In this document: piece by piece, positions 49,745 to 60,233 of the stretch
How the letters are laid out: every line of letters begins with the position of its first letter
Position numbering within the stretch: the stretch's first letter is position 1
Origin: an uncultured cyanobacterium
GTDB lineage: Bacteria; Cyanobacteriota; Cyanobacteriia; Cyanobacteriales; CAWCAG01
NCBI GenBank assembly: GCA_963793425.1
Contig: CAWCAG010000005.1
Location: forward strand, 576,001-640,000
Length of the DNA: 64,000 nt
Direction: 5' to 3'
Position numbers and translations under genes: made by a program
The notes under the pieces: generated by a model
The model's database searches: none
What the model saw: the letters and a program-made list of their open reading frames with translations, nothing else
What the model was told of the DNA's origin: nothing

Positions 49745-49818
49745 CTAGGGACTTACTTCAGGATCATTATTTGTTGCTTAGGTTCAACCGTAGTGCTTCC
49801 CCACTTCACTAAATATCC

Positions 49819-50586
49819 TTACAAACTCTCCGGATCAATACCCAACTCTTGTAACTTGGCAGCTAATTTTTCGGCTTTTTCCTGAGCTTCAGCTACCTGT
49901 TGAGTTGCGGTATTAGCAATTTCTGTTGGCTCTTGAATTAATGCCCCTTCTAAAGTGAACCAACGCAACCAGAGACGATTTAGGCCCTTGTAAGCACCTT
50001 GCCATAAACCTAAACATAATTCTAATTCTGGTATTGCCCAGCGTCCTTGTCTACCTTCCCACCGTTCATAACGAGCGCCTACCAAGCGAAAAGCTTGCAC
50101 CTCATTAGTATAGCGACTGAAGACAAAATAGTAAGGAATGCCTAAAACCTGTTCGTACACCTGCCACTTCGTAGGAGGTTGATCAGATTGGTTAGTCGTT
50201 TGTCCTAAATCCTCTTTTTCTGTGCCAGGAGATAGCAATTCAACAGCAATAGTTGGTCTGATTACTTCTTGCCAAATTACATAACTCAAGCGCAAATCTT
50301 GATTCTCATACAAAGAAGTGACTCCTACCACCCCGAACCAATCTGGTCTTTTGTACCACAGAAGATGATTAACATCGTAGTAGAGATTAAGATCAGAACC
50401 AGTAAATACTCTCTCTGGGGGGTGGTTCCCTGGCTTAAAAGTAGACTCTAATAATTGCGGTTGCCAAAGATGGAATTGATCAGGCAAACCAGGTTCCTCC
50501 GGATTTTCACTCGGTAGATCATACATCGTCGGCAGGGTTTTGCGAGGAGACAGAGGAGGATCAGATTGAGTTGCGTTGTGGGGCAT
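49819..50586 (-). CDS. Uma2 family endonuclease
   Basis: LPTMYDLPSE.PEEPGLPD, KRPDWF, VELLSPGT, tail LAAKL.ELGIDP. Confidence 0.92.
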   Translation of the reverse strand: MPHNATQSDPPLSPRKTLPTMYDLPSENPEEPGLPDQFHLWQPQLLESTFKPGNHPPERVFTGSDLNLYYDVNHLLWYKRPDWFGVVGVTSLYENQDLRLSYVIWQEVIRPTIAVELLSPGTEKEDLGQTTNQSDQPPTKWQVYEQVLGIPYYFVFSRYTNEVQAFRLVGARYERWEGRQGRWAIPELELCLGLWQGAYKGLNRLWLRWFTLEGALIQEPTEIANTATQQVAEAQEKAEKLAAKLQELGIDPESL

Positions 50587-50641
50587 TTGAGTTACTTTGA
50601 AGAAGAGACATAAAGACGACCCATTTTCAGGATATCAACAG

Positions 50642-50670
50642 TTGACTAATTAATCAAACCAGAATAAAAT
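50642..50670 (+). promoter_or_regulatory. Near-consensus sigma70 promoter
   Basis: TTGACT-17nt-TAAAAT directly upstream of the structured region. Confidence 0.75.
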
Positions 50671-50676
50671 AGTTGC

Positions 50677-50921
50677 TACGTACTTGTTAATTTGGTCGAA
50701 CAGCCTTGCAATCTGGACAGTGGATCGCTGTCCTTGCGCTTAGTTGATACACACATCACTAGCTTGCTCTTGACTGTGCGGTCATTCGGGTACTGTCGCT
50801 ATTACGGTTTGGTTTCTCAAGAAACTAATGAGCGACAGTACCCGCGACCGCTTGAGTTGAGCAATCTAGTCCTAGGGAGCTTACGAAGGGGAAACCAAAT
50901 TAACAAGTGCGCTTATTTTTT
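50677..50921 (+). ncRNA. Candidate structured non-coding RNA (~240 nt), family not assigned
   Basis: 18-bp closing stem 50679-50696/50894-50911, side hairpin 50715-50733, long inner stem 50758-50870; mispairs are G-U on the + strand; ends in a T run. Confidence 0.75.
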
Positions 50922-50924
50922 CAC

Positions 50925-51533
50925 TCAATCAATAGTTTTAAAAGAGTCAAAGAAGCCTTCAATACTTTTAGGTAAATGTTGCGCTTTTCTGGTGAAAACT
51001 GCCTGTTGATAAATACGCCTATCTATGAGATAAAATCTGTAGATAGCAGTGTAATCATCTTCCAGTTTTAGAATATATTGAGCCGCCACAAAATCATCGG
51101 ATTCAATACTTTCTTTACTAGGAGCAGTTGGTGTTTCTGCACCTGCTACTGTGGGTCTAATTTCCTCAAATATCTCGTCAAATATCTCACTGGCCCCAGC
51201 TTCTTCTAAAGCATAAGGGAAGTAAGAATAGGCCATATAGTATCTTGTTTCTTCTTGGGAGCGATTAACCAAATAACCCAAAAAGTTAGCTTCTCCAACT
51301 GAAGTTGGTACACTTTGCCAACGACGAACAGGTTCCCCTGGCATCAAAACGACAAATCCCCCAGGGATGGATGTAACAGATCGCCAAATAGAAGATTGAG
51401 CAATTTGTAAGTTGTTTCCTGGGCTATTAATGTCTTGATTTTTTAAGGGAGTATAGCCGCTTAATAGTAGAGCTGGTACTAGCAAGGAAGCGCATATGGA
51501 AAGTTTTTTACCTTTGATAAGATTCGCTATCAT
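50925..51533 (-). CDS. Secreted hypothetical protein (paralog of 37792-38361)
   Basis: QIAQS.IW, G.FVVLMPG.P, LPKSIEGFFDSF. Confidence 0.78.
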   Translation of the reverse strand: MIANLIKGKKLSICASLLVPALLLSGYTPLKNQDINSPGNNLQIAQSSIWRSVTSIPGGFVVLMPGEPVRRWQSVPTSVGEANFLGYLVNRSQEETRYYMAYSYFPYALEEAGASEIFDEIFEEIRPTVAGAETPTAPSKESIESDDFVAAQYILKLEDDYTAIYRFYLIDRRIYQQAVFTRKAQHLPKSIEGFFDSFKTID

Positions 51534-51681
51534 CTTTGATAATAATTATCCTTTTATGAAACTACCTTTAGGTTAAAGAAAATATGACTATTTTTCTTAC
51601 TCAAAAAGATATAGCAATTCTATCTGCTAACTTTGTGCTACAACAGTAGGGAAAGCTTAGGTATTATTGCTCAACTGGCCT

Positions 51682-52377
51682 ATGTCTCCTGTTAACTTAG
51701 ACAGTAACTCCTGCGTTCTCTTAATTGAAACTGACGAGACTTTAACTCAAAAAGCAAATCTAGATTTGAGAGAGGCTGGTTACAAAACTTCTATAGCTCT
51801 AGATGCTGATAGTGGTATGTTGCGATTTGAACAATTACAACCCTCTGTGATAGTTGTAGATAGAGCTTTAGGGGAAGAGTCGGGGCTATTTTTTTGTCGT
51901 CAGTTAAGGCTCACAGGAAGCAGAGTACCTATACTAATATTAATGTCACGGGATAGCGTTGAAGATAGAGTAGCTTGCTTAGAAGCAGGAGCCGATGATT
52001 ATTTACTTAAGCCCTATCGTACAGATGCCTTTTTGCAGTTAATCAGTTTTTATCTACAACCTAATCAAGAAGAAACAAAACAACTGCGCTTCGGAGAGTT
52101 GGTATTGGATCTCAGTACACGAAGGGTACTTCGTCAGGGTAGGAATATTGAACTAACAGTGAAAGAATTTGAACTACTGAAATATTTAATGTCTCATCCC
52201 CGTGAGGTGTTAACCAGAGAACAGATTTTGGAAAATGTTTGGGGCTATGACTTTGTTGGGGAGTCTAATGTCATTGAAGTTTACATTCGTTATCTACGCC
52301 TGAAAATTGAAGATGAAGGTGAAAAGCGCTTAATACAGACAGTTAGGGGAGTAGGATATGTGCTTCGGGAAACTTAA
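51682..52377 (+). CDS. nblR: OmpR-family response regulator, NblR-like
   Basis: Atypical receiver (VLLIETDE, DRVACLEAGADDY), wHTH ESNVIEVYIRYLRLK; next to DUF2949. Confidence 0.82.
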   Translation: MSPVNLDSNSCVLLIETDETLTQKANLDLREAGYKTSIALDADSGMLRFEQLQPSVIVVDRALGEESGLFFCRQLRLTGSRVPILILMSRDSVEDRVACLEAGADDYLLKPYRTDAFLQLISFYLQPNQEETKQLRFGELVLDLSTRRVLRQGRNIELTVKEFELLKYLMSHPREVLTREQILENVWGYDFVGESNVIEVYIRYLRLKIEDEGEKRLIQTVRGVGYVLRET

Positions 52378-52746
52378 AAATCAAAAAAAATCTCGTTACA
52401 TATTCGGAAACGGCTTCGTGAAATTGAAGTAATTAGTTCTAAGATAATCAATACTGAGATTGTGGAGGCAATTTGCAATTTAGCAACAACATTTCTACAT
52501 ATTTGTGAGAAAATTACTATGATGCTGAAACTAACTGAGCCTTAGAAGGATTTTGACTGGTTTAAGTAACTAAAATCCTTACTAACCTGTGATTTGAGAC
52601 ACAAGCAAGAAAACCAAAAAAGCTGAAAATATACAAGCATAGGGCTGGAGATAGTAGACAAATTAAAGACTGGCAACCTCTAGCTCAGTTAAACGAGGTA
52701 ATCGTTAGAAAATATATCTACCCTTTAAGGAGGTGAAACAAAACTT

Positions 52747-52938
52747 ATGCCACCGGTAACTTATTCTCGATTTTTGAATTTTCTAGAAAACGAACTAGCA
52801 ATATCCCAAGATTCCATTGCGATCGCCCAGAGGTATACAGATCAACATCCTGGATCTTTACCTATGGTTCTTTGGAAATACGGTTTAGTCACCCTAGAAC
52901 AACTTGATCAAATTTTTGACTGGCTGGAAACTGCTTAA
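52747..52938 (+). CDS. DUF2949 family protein
   Basis: FL..ELAI, LPMVLW.YGLVTLEQL.QIFDWL; SD AGGAGG. Confidence 0.9.
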   Translation: MPPVTYSRFLNFLENELAISQDSIAIAQRYTDQHPGSLPMVLWKYGLVTLEQLDQIFDWLETA

Positions 52939-53074
52939 GACTATAGTAACTATCCAGGAGCAAATAATAAATGTCTAAGGTATTAAACTTTAGGAATAAA
53001 CAAGCTCACAAATACGGTTTGTTGCAATGGTTTTTCCAGCAACCGCCCAGAAAAAAAATAACAAAAAATTATTA

Positions 53075-53105
53075 AGAGCGAGTTATTAAATAACTCGCTC
53101 TTTTT
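53075..53105. terminator. Intrinsic terminator
   Basis: AGAGCGAGTTAT-TAA-ATAACTCGCTCT followed by a T run. Confidence 0.75.
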
Positions 53106-53155
53106 AGTTGGCTAAAAGAAAAGTTTTTCTATATTTCAGCTTTAAAAACTAATAA

Positions 53156-53443
53156 TCACTTAATCTTGATTTTCTGCGGAACAACGTACAAAGACAATCC
53201 TTTTCTTGCATCCACATCAAATTTTAAGCCAACCTCTATTTCTGCATCTGCTTCTATCTTTATTTCTGATTTATCATTAATCTGAATACTCTCAATAGTG
53301 GCGAATTGGCAGTAAGAAAGACTTTCACTAACCAACCAAAGACTAGAATTTACTGATAAAGCTGTTTTTTCTACTTTTGCCCTTCCTGCTTTAATTTTAT
53401 CAAACCACCTCGTTAGTTTTAATAATAGAGCGAACGGTAGCAA
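53156..53443 (-). CDS. Hypothetical protein or gene fragment
   Basis: 95-aa ORF with weak start and no recognised motif; follows the DUF262 remnant. Confidence 0.35.
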   Translation of the reverse strand: MLPFALLLKLTRWFDKIKAGRAKVEKTALSVNSSLWLVSESLSYCQFATIESIQINDKSEIKIEADAEIEVGLKFDVDARKGLSLYVVPQKIKIK

Positions 53444-53486
53444 TATCTTCTCTCGCTTTAACTAGAAGCTGTTGATACACCTCTAT

Positions 53487-54122
53487 TTACTCCGCGATGA
53501 TTTTAGAAAGCATCTCATCGGACAATTGTATTCGTTTTTGCAGATCAGCTTTAGTTTTTCCTGAACCTGTAAACAACTTTGTACTATCAGCTTTGAATAT
53601 TTTTTGGGTTTCTTCTATAATTCGTGACTTTCGCTCTACTAATAATTCTGCATCTTTTAAATGACGACTGAATCCGACCATAACAGCATCATAATATGCT
53701 TTATAAGACTTGTCTTTCCAACTACTAGACTTAGGATCGAAAGGTTTAAATAATTTTCCCTGATACACTTTATCTGCTACATTAATGGTTTCAATAAATA
53801 TGTTTTCAAGAAGATTAATCTTCTCATCAGAATAAAGAATAATTGGCGGAACAGGAATGTTACACAAAAATGATTCAATTAGCAGCGATTGCCTCCTATC
53901 ATCCCAACGTGACCTTCTTTGATAAAATGGACTAAAATCCATATGACCTGGCTTCTGCAAAGCTTCAACAAAGCTGGGCAACTTTTCACGATTCATTTCA
54001 GTTAGGATTCTTTGGTGTCCCTTGTCATACTTAGCGTTAATTTCCTCCTCTGTCATTTTTGAATTGCTATTTCTTGAGGGAGATTTGTCCCACATTTTTG
54101 TTTCTGTTGATGCTATTGACAT
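53487..54122 (-). pseudogene. DUF262 (ParB-like/GmrS-type) gene with internal deletion
   Basis: P.YQRR.RW...QS.LIESFL.NIPVPPI.L present, but the expected DGQQR motif is absent. Confidence 0.7.
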
Positions 54123-54341
54123 TGACTTTACTCAAAACGATACAACTATATATAGCTTAGCCCGTTCTTTTAACAGCTTAATGTTACAGATCCAACCTTA
54201 AAAGAAAGTTCGTAACTCACTAAAATCTTTTTCCTGTAATTAGAATTTAAAAATAAATCTTTCTGTTGAATAATAGTAAAGAGCCATATTTTCCTATAGG
54301 ATTTAAGCAAATAAAAATTCGTAAGTGACAGTAGTGTAAAA

Positions 54342-55448
54342 GTGAACAGTAAAAAAATATTCAATCACGACATTATGACCTGTACCCATGAGGCGGTGGT
54401 GGGTAACCATCTTTATTCTGGTAGGGTACTTGGTATGACAGAGTCCCAGGATATTATTCAACTACATCCTGACTTAAAACCAGAGTGGAATACTATCGTT
54501 GAACACTACCAACGTATCGGTTTAAACCACACTCATGAAGTCATTTGGGATGTATCGCGAGTAAAAATGGGGGATTATCCAGACTATGATATTTCCGTCT
54601 TTTTCTTTGGTGATGCTTTTGGTGACGACCACAACAGCCAAGATTGGTTTCGTCAAGCAGATGAAGATTGGTTGAAAGTTGTTGCCTTCATGAACTCCAA
54701 GAACAACTTTATTAAAATAGCCCAAGAACTTGAAGTCACAATTCCTCAAACTATCTGTGTTGATAGCAAAACAAAAATAACTAGCTACGAAGAACTTCCT
54801 TATCCTTGTTATTTAAAGCCAGCAGTTTCTGTTGATGGTATGGGTATTGTACGCTGCGAAGACAAAAAAGAATTAATTGCGGCCATGGAATTTGTTGAGG
54901 GAGATGTACCTCTACAAATTCAAGAAGAAATTATCGCTTCTAAGTTCTTGAACTTACAATATTCCATTAAAGGAGAACAAGTTCAACCCTTAGCCGCATC
55001 AGAACAGATATTAGCAGACTGTACCCACATGGGCAATCGCTATCCTACACCTCACCAACCTTGGGAAGTTGTGGAACCGATGGCGGAATGGATGTTAGAA
55101 AATGGCATGAAAGAAATTTTTGCCTTTGATGTCGCTGTAGTCGAAGGGGAAAATGCCACCCGTTATGTAGCTATTGAGTGCAATCCTCGCTTCAATGGTG
55201 CATCTTATCCCACCGGAATTGCCCAGAAATTGAACATATCTAGTTGGACAAGCGAAAACTTTAATACCAGCCATCGTTCCTTAAAGGAGATAAATTTGGA
55301 AGGTATTGAGTTTGATTCTCAAAGTAGTACGGGAGTAATTTTGGTTAACTGGGGCTGTATTTTAGTGGGGAAAGTAGGTGTATTGTTGGCAGGGACAGTA
55401 GAACAACAAGACAAACTTCGCGTGATTCTACAAGAACGACTTGGATGA
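54342..55448 (+). CDS. Stand-alone ATP-grasp protein
   Basis: YPCYLKP..SV.G.G, QIQEEI, FAFD, IECNPRFNG. Confidence 0.82.
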   Translation: MNSKKIFNHDIMTCTHEAVVGNHLYSGRVLGMTESQDIIQLHPDLKPEWNTIVEHYQRIGLNHTHEVIWDVSRVKMGDYPDYDISVFFFGDAFGDDHNSQDWFRQADEDWLKVVAFMNSKNNFIKIAQELEVTIPQTICVDSKTKITSYEELPYPCYLKPAVSVDGMGIVRCEDKKELIAAMEFVEGDVPLQIQEEIIASKFLNLQYSIKGEQVQPLAASEQILADCTHMGNRYPTPHQPWEVVEPMAEWMLENGMKEIFAFDVAVVEGENATRYVAIECNPRFNGASYPTGIAQKLNISSWTSENFNTSHRSLKEINLEGIEFDSQSSTGVILVNWGCILVGKVGVLLAGTVEQQDKLRVILQERLG

Positions 55449-55561
55449 TTTCTGCGGTCTAACTCAAAAACCGACCGTCTTAAGGCAGAAAAGTTAAACT
55501 AGATACAGTAACCGTATGTAAAAAGCAAACCCCATCAAGCTATCTTAAAAAAAGCAAGGGC

Positions 55562-57583
55562 ATGAAAAAAAACCAGATTAACAAGCAAGTAGTTTTTTCT
55601 CATAGAAACAGTAAGAGTTCTCCTTCAAAACAAGGTACAAAAGCACCGCAAAGCCTCTGGCGTTTTGCTACTAGCTTGCTACTTTTCTCTACTATGTTGC
55701 TGGGAAATCCTGCCCATGCCCAGAAAGAAGAAGAGAGTAATGAAATTAGCTATAGCGAACTCTTAGAACAAATTGACAAAGGTAAAGTAGAAAAAATTCA
55801 GATTGACGAAACCACTGAAACCGCAAAGGTTTTTCTGGCTGGCCAAGATGCTGATACCCCTCCTAAAGAGGTCAAATTATTTCATCAAAATCCTGAACTT
55901 ATTGAGAAAATCAATGGTAGTGGAGAGCCAAAAAACACCGATATCGATGGTGAAGCCATACTTCCAAAACCAGAAACCCCTACACCTCAAAATCCTCAAA
56001 AAGTTGAACTAGAAGTTACCCAATCTACTGATCACTCCGAGGCTTTTGGCATCGCCGTTAATATTTTGATCCTCGTAATTTTATTAGGTGGATTAATTGC
56101 CATTTTGCGGCGTTCAGCAGCATCTTCTGGCCAAGCTATGAATTTTGGGAAATCCCGCGCCCGCTTTCAAATGGAAGCAGAAACAGGTATCCAATTCAAT
56201 GATGTGGCTGGTATTGATGAAGCTAAAGAAGAACTGCAAGAAGTAGTTAGCTTCCTCAAAGAAACTGAGCGTTTTACGGCCCTGGGCGCTCGTATTCCTA
56301 AAGGAGTTTTGTTAATTGGACCTCCTGGAACTGGAAAAACTTTATTAGCTAAGGCTGTAGCTGGAGAAGCTGGAGTTCCCTTCTTTAGCATTTCTGGCTC
56401 AGAATTTGTGGAAATGTTTGTTGGGGTGGGGGCTTCTCGTGTTCGGGACTTATTTAAAAAAGCCAAAGAAAATGCTCCTTGTCTCATTTTTATTGATGAA
56501 ATTGATGCGGTAGGTAGACAGCGAGGGGCAGGAATTGGTGGTGGCAATGATGAGAGGGAACAAACCCTCAACCAACTCCTCACAGAGATGGATGGTTTTG
56601 AAATGAATACCGGGATCATTGTGATTGCTGCTACCAATAGAGCCGATGTTCTCGATTCTGCCTTATTGCGTCCAGGAAGATTTGACCGTCAAGTTATGGT
56701 AGATTTACCTGGATATAACGGGCGTTTGGGCATCCTGCAAGTCCATTCCCGTACCAAAAAAGTTGCTGAAGATGTCTCCTTAGAAGCCGTAGCCCGCCGT
56801 ACTCCTGGTCTTTCTGGGGCTGATTTAGCTAACTTACTTAACGAATCTGCCATTTTAACAGCGAGGCGGCGTAAGGAAGCTATTACTACCCTAGAAATTG
56901 AGGATGCCCTTGATCGCATCACCATCGGCTTAAGTATGAATCCCCTTTTGGATAGTAAGAAAAAGCGGCTAATTGCTTACCACGAAGTTGGTCATGCTTT
57001 ATTAATGACATTGTTGAAGCATTCCGATCCCCTCAATAAAGTGACGATTATTCCTCGCTCTGGGGGCATAGGAGGCTTTGCCCAACCGATATATGACGAA
57101 GAAATGGTAGATAGTGGTCTTTATAGTCGGGCTTGGCTGATGGATCAAATTACCATCTATTTAGGGGGAAGAGCCTCAGAAGAGGAGGTTTTTGGTCATG
57201 ACGAAGTTACAATAGGAGCAAGTGGAGATATTAAAGGAGTTGCTGATTTAGCGAGAAAAATAGTAACTCGTTATGGGATGTCAGACCTTGGCCCCATAGC
57301 ACTAGAAAATCCTGACGACCAAGTTTTTCTCGGTTCAGGGTGGGGGCCTCGTTCAGAATATTCTGAAGAAGTCGCCCAAAAAATTGACCAACAGGTAAGA
57401 GAAATTGCCAACCAAGGTCACACCGAAGCAAGAAGACTGATTCGCGAACATCGTCCCTTGGTAGATAGTTTAGTGGATTTGTTGCTGGAAAAAGAAACTA
57501 TTGAAGGAGATGAATTCCGGCGTATCGTCGCTAAGTATACAGATTTACCAGAGAAGCAAAGGCAGTTGGTTGCTTCTGCCTAA
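55562..57583 (+). CDS. ftsH: ATP-dependent zinc metalloprotease FtsH
   Basis: [34 protein letters not shown]. Confidence 0.97.
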   Translation: MKKNQINKQVVFSHRNSKSSPSKQGTKAPQSLWRFATSLLLFSTMLLGNPAHAQKEEESNEISYSELLEQIDKGKVEKIQIDETTETAKVFLAGQDADTPPKEVKLFHQNPELIEKINGSGEPKNTDIDGEAILPKPETPTPQNPQKVELEVTQSTDHSEAFGIAVNILILVILLGGLIAILRRSAASSGQAMNFGKSRARFQMEAETGIQFNDVAGIDEAKEELQEVVSFLKETERFTALGARIPKGVLLIGPPGTGKTLLAKAVAGEAGVPFFSISGSEFVEMFVGVGASRVRDLFKKAKENAPCLIFIDEIDAVGRQRGAGIGGGNDEREQTLNQLLTEMDGFEMNTGIIVIAATNRADVLDSALLRPGRFDRQVMVDLPGYNGRLGILQVHSRTKKVAEDVSLEAVARRTPGLSGADLANLLNESAILTARRRKEAITTLEIEDALDRITIGLSMNPLLDSKKKRLIAYHEVGHALLMTLLKHSDPLNKVTIIPRSGGIGGFAQPIYDEEMVDSGLYSRAWLMDQITIYLGGRASEEEVFGHDEVTIGASGDIKGVADLARKIVTRYGMSDLGPIALENPDDQVFLGSGWGPRSEYSEEVAQKIDQQVREIANQGHTEARRLIREHRPLVDSLVDLLLEKETIEGDEFRRIVAKYTDLPEKQRQLVASA

Positions 57584-57655
57584 AAAAAATATCCCCGGCA
57601 TTAAGGCTGGGGATATCTATTAAAGTAGCTAGGAAAATTGAAAATTTAGTTTAAT

Positions 57656-58876
57656 TTAAGCAAACCATTCTTCTACTGCTTCTTCTTTGGTATTCGTATT
57701 TCGAGAAGGAGTTTCGCGGTTGAACTTCATTTGAATAGAACGAGTTTGTTCACCATCAACAGCTACTGCCTTGATAGGATAATCGATTAAGCCGTCTTGG
57801 AAAGACATTTGGAAGCGGAAAGTGCCGTCAGGACTAAGTTTGATGGGGCGACCACCAATGGTAACTGTAGCATCAGGTTCCGTTGCACCATAAACAATTA
57901 ACTCCGCATCAGCTACCAACCAGAACTTGCGAGGGCGAACTGGAGGCGCAGAAGCAGAGAAACCTGCCCCAGACATATTTCCAGAAGCCCACATTCCTAC
58001 TCCAGAGGGGAAAACATAGGAACTAATAGCTTCTTCATGAACAGGAACTTGTTGCATGGAACCGTAAAGAGAACCCGCAATCCTTTGGGCTTCGGTAGAC
58101 TCAGCCATACCGAAAATTTCATCATAAATGGGGTTACCAGCAGTCGCAGTACCACCTCCCATACTACTAGCAGAGGCAGCAGTACTTTTGCTGGGGGGAA
58201 CAAGTTGAAAGACTGTTTTACCTTGTAAATCTTCTTCCCAATCTACAGTTACAAGTTGATCTTCTATCCAATCAGAAGGATAAACGGGTGGTACGCGCAC
58301 TACCGCAGAACGGGCTAAGATTAGCCAGCGTCCATCTGCACAGCGATAACCAATATCTACTGCATAGTCGCGATCGCTAACCGGCATTGGTAAATACCAT
58401 TCTCTGGCTAGTTCATCACAGGGAAATTCTTGTAAGCTATGGGGACTCTGAGAATCTAGGTTGATATCAGTAACATCGTAGAGTCGTAGAGTAAGTTGTT
58501 GCCCCCCTTGGCGACGCAATTCTTCTTTATGTTCCCCAGGAATATCCCAGTAGGTATAGCACCATTGAGGATCACGGGGCATTAAAACAATTCTGCTTGT
58601 ACCATAGCCATCAGGAAGTTCCTTAAGTCCCTCATCTACGGATGCTAAGCTTCCGCCGGTAGGATCTTCTTGACCTAGTTCAAATTTAGATGCTTCCACT
58701 TGTGCCTCCGATATGATAGATGGACTGCGAGAAAATTTTTCGCTTGCTCTTTTCTGTAATTCAGCGAGTAGCTGTGCCTTACGCATCCGGCTATAGCGAC
58801 TTACATTATATTCACTGGCAACTCGACGAAGCTGCCTTAGAGTCATTTCTTCTAAAGGTGGACGTTCTTTTGCCAT
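57656..58876 (-). CDS. DUF4912 protein with Rho-N-terminal-like domain
   Basis: LEEMTLRQLR..A..Y..SRYSRMRK.QL; LMPRDPQW.Y.YWD; FWLVADAELIVYGATEP. Confidence 0.9.
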   Translation of the reverse strand: MAKERPPLEEMTLRQLRRVASEYNVSRYSRMRKAQLLAELQKRASEKFSRSPSIISEAQVEASKFELGQEDPTGGSLASVDEGLKELPDGYGTSRIVLMPRDPQWCYTYWDIPGEHKEELRRQGGQQLTLRLYDVTDINLDSQSPHSLQEFPCDELAREWYLPMPVSDRDYAVDIGYRCADGRWLILARSAVVRVPPVYPSDWIEDQLVTVDWEEDLQGKTVFQLVPPSKSTAASASSMGGGTATAGNPIYDEIFGMAESTEAQRIAGSLYGSMQQVPVHEEAISSYVFPSGVGMWASGNMSGAGFSASAPPVRPRKFWLVADAELIVYGATEPDATVTIGGRPIKLSPDGTFRFQMSFQDGLIDYPIKAVAVDGEQTRSIQMKFNRETPSRNTNTKEEAVEEWFA

Positions 58877-59336
58877 GAGTTTCGATCTCCTATTCAGCGT
58901 ATCCGGCTAATCCCCGGCTTCTTGAGTTTGGTTACTTTTTCTTTTGAAGCTAGTGTTTTTTGTGGCTACCAAATAAAGTTTTGATGACCTAACTTTTGAT
59001 GTGGGATCGTGGGGATCGCTTATGTATTTAAAATGTAACAGAATTTTAACGAGGGAGATCGCCTGCTGTTACTAAATTTTGGCTTTTAGAACGAGTTTTC
59101 GAGCTTGCGGGGGATCGTCATGTCAATTTTTCCTGACATTACCTCGAAAATACTAAATATGGGGATCTTGAACAAGTACTCCTGAATTCACTGATAATTA
59201 GATTCTTTGATCGCAGTCTACAAACTAGTTTTAATCGTCCATGATATTTGTAGATATTCAGTTTTATTTTTTGACTCAACCTAAAGAAAATCACATACTT
59301 GTAGGTTAATACTCAAATTAACTTTAATTAAAGAAG

Positions 59337-59558
59337 ATGAAACTCAAAGTGACGGCGGTAGGCAATTCTGTAGGCATAATTTTTTCTGAGGAACTTTTAG
59401 AAAAACTGTGTATTAGCCAAGGAGATACACTTTACGTCACACAAACCCCTAGAGGAGTCGAACTCAGTCTTTATGACGAAGAGTTTGCTACCCAAATGGA
59501 GATAGCTGAGTTAATAATGCGTGAGGATAGCGATGTGTTGCATAAGTTAGCACAATGA
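59337..59558 (+). CDS. AbrB/MazE-type antitoxin
   Basis: MKLKV..VGNSVGII; ATGA overlap with doc. Confidence 0.87.
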   Translation: MKLKVTAVGNSVGIIFSEELLEKLCISQGDTLYVTQTPRGVELSLYDEEFATQMEIAELIMREDSDVLHKLAQ

Positions 59559-59944
59559 CATCTCCTGTTTGGATTGAAGCACTAGTGGTTATTGCTATAC
59601 ACAGTCGCCAGTTAGAGCAACACGGAGGTAGTGAGGGAATTAGGGATGAGGGATTGTTAGAGTCAGCACTATTTAGACCAAAAAACCAATTTAATTATGG
59701 CAATCCAACCATCTTTGATTTAGCAGCAGCTTATGGATATGGTCTTACCAATAATCATCCTTTTATTGATGGTAATAAAAGAACATCTTATATTGTGATG
59801 CGGACTTTTCTGCGACTTAACGGCTACAATCTCCAAGCATCAGCCATAGACAAATATGAAACATGGATACGTCTTGCCAATAATCAAATTAATGAAGCTG
59901 AGTTAGCTAGTTGGATTGAGGAAAAATCTGTGAAGATTAAGTAG
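59555..59944 (+). CDS. doc: Doc (death-on-curing, Fic family) toxin
   Basis: GG.EGIRDEGLLESAL.RP; HPFIDGNKRT. Confidence 0.93.
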   Translation: MTSPVWIEALVVIAIHSRQLEQHGGSEGIRDEGLLESALFRPKNQFNYGNPTIFDLAAAYGYGLTNNHPFIDGNKRTSYIVMRTFLRLNGYNLQASAIDKYETWIRLANNQINEAELASWIEEKSVKIK

Positions 59945-60233
59945 TGATTGCTAGAAATAAATACTGCCACGAATTACTAATGAGATAACTAATATAGGCA
60001 GGAGATAAATAGTACTTATTATTGTGCGATCACGCTCTAAAAAATAATTGCGATCGCCCATAACATTTTCAGGTATTGGGTTTTATTTTTTTGTTTGATT
60101 TATGAGTGCGATCGCTCTATTAGACATATTGTTACTAGGAATTTAATAGCCTTTCTATCACTTGTTCGCGAGTAAAAGAGTCATTTTCTTTACGAAATCT
60201 TGTTGCTAGGAATTTGATAGCATTTCATCTTTT

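Noticed and set aside
50677..50921. Naming the RNA ssrS (6S)
   Set aside because: Shape is similar, but length and sequence do not match my recollection of cyanobacterial 6S; needs cmscan.
50692..51009. 105-aa ORF over the structured region
   Set aside because: TTG start inside the closing stem, no SD, overlaps the convergent gene. The RNA structure explains the sequence better, though a small peptide is not excluded.
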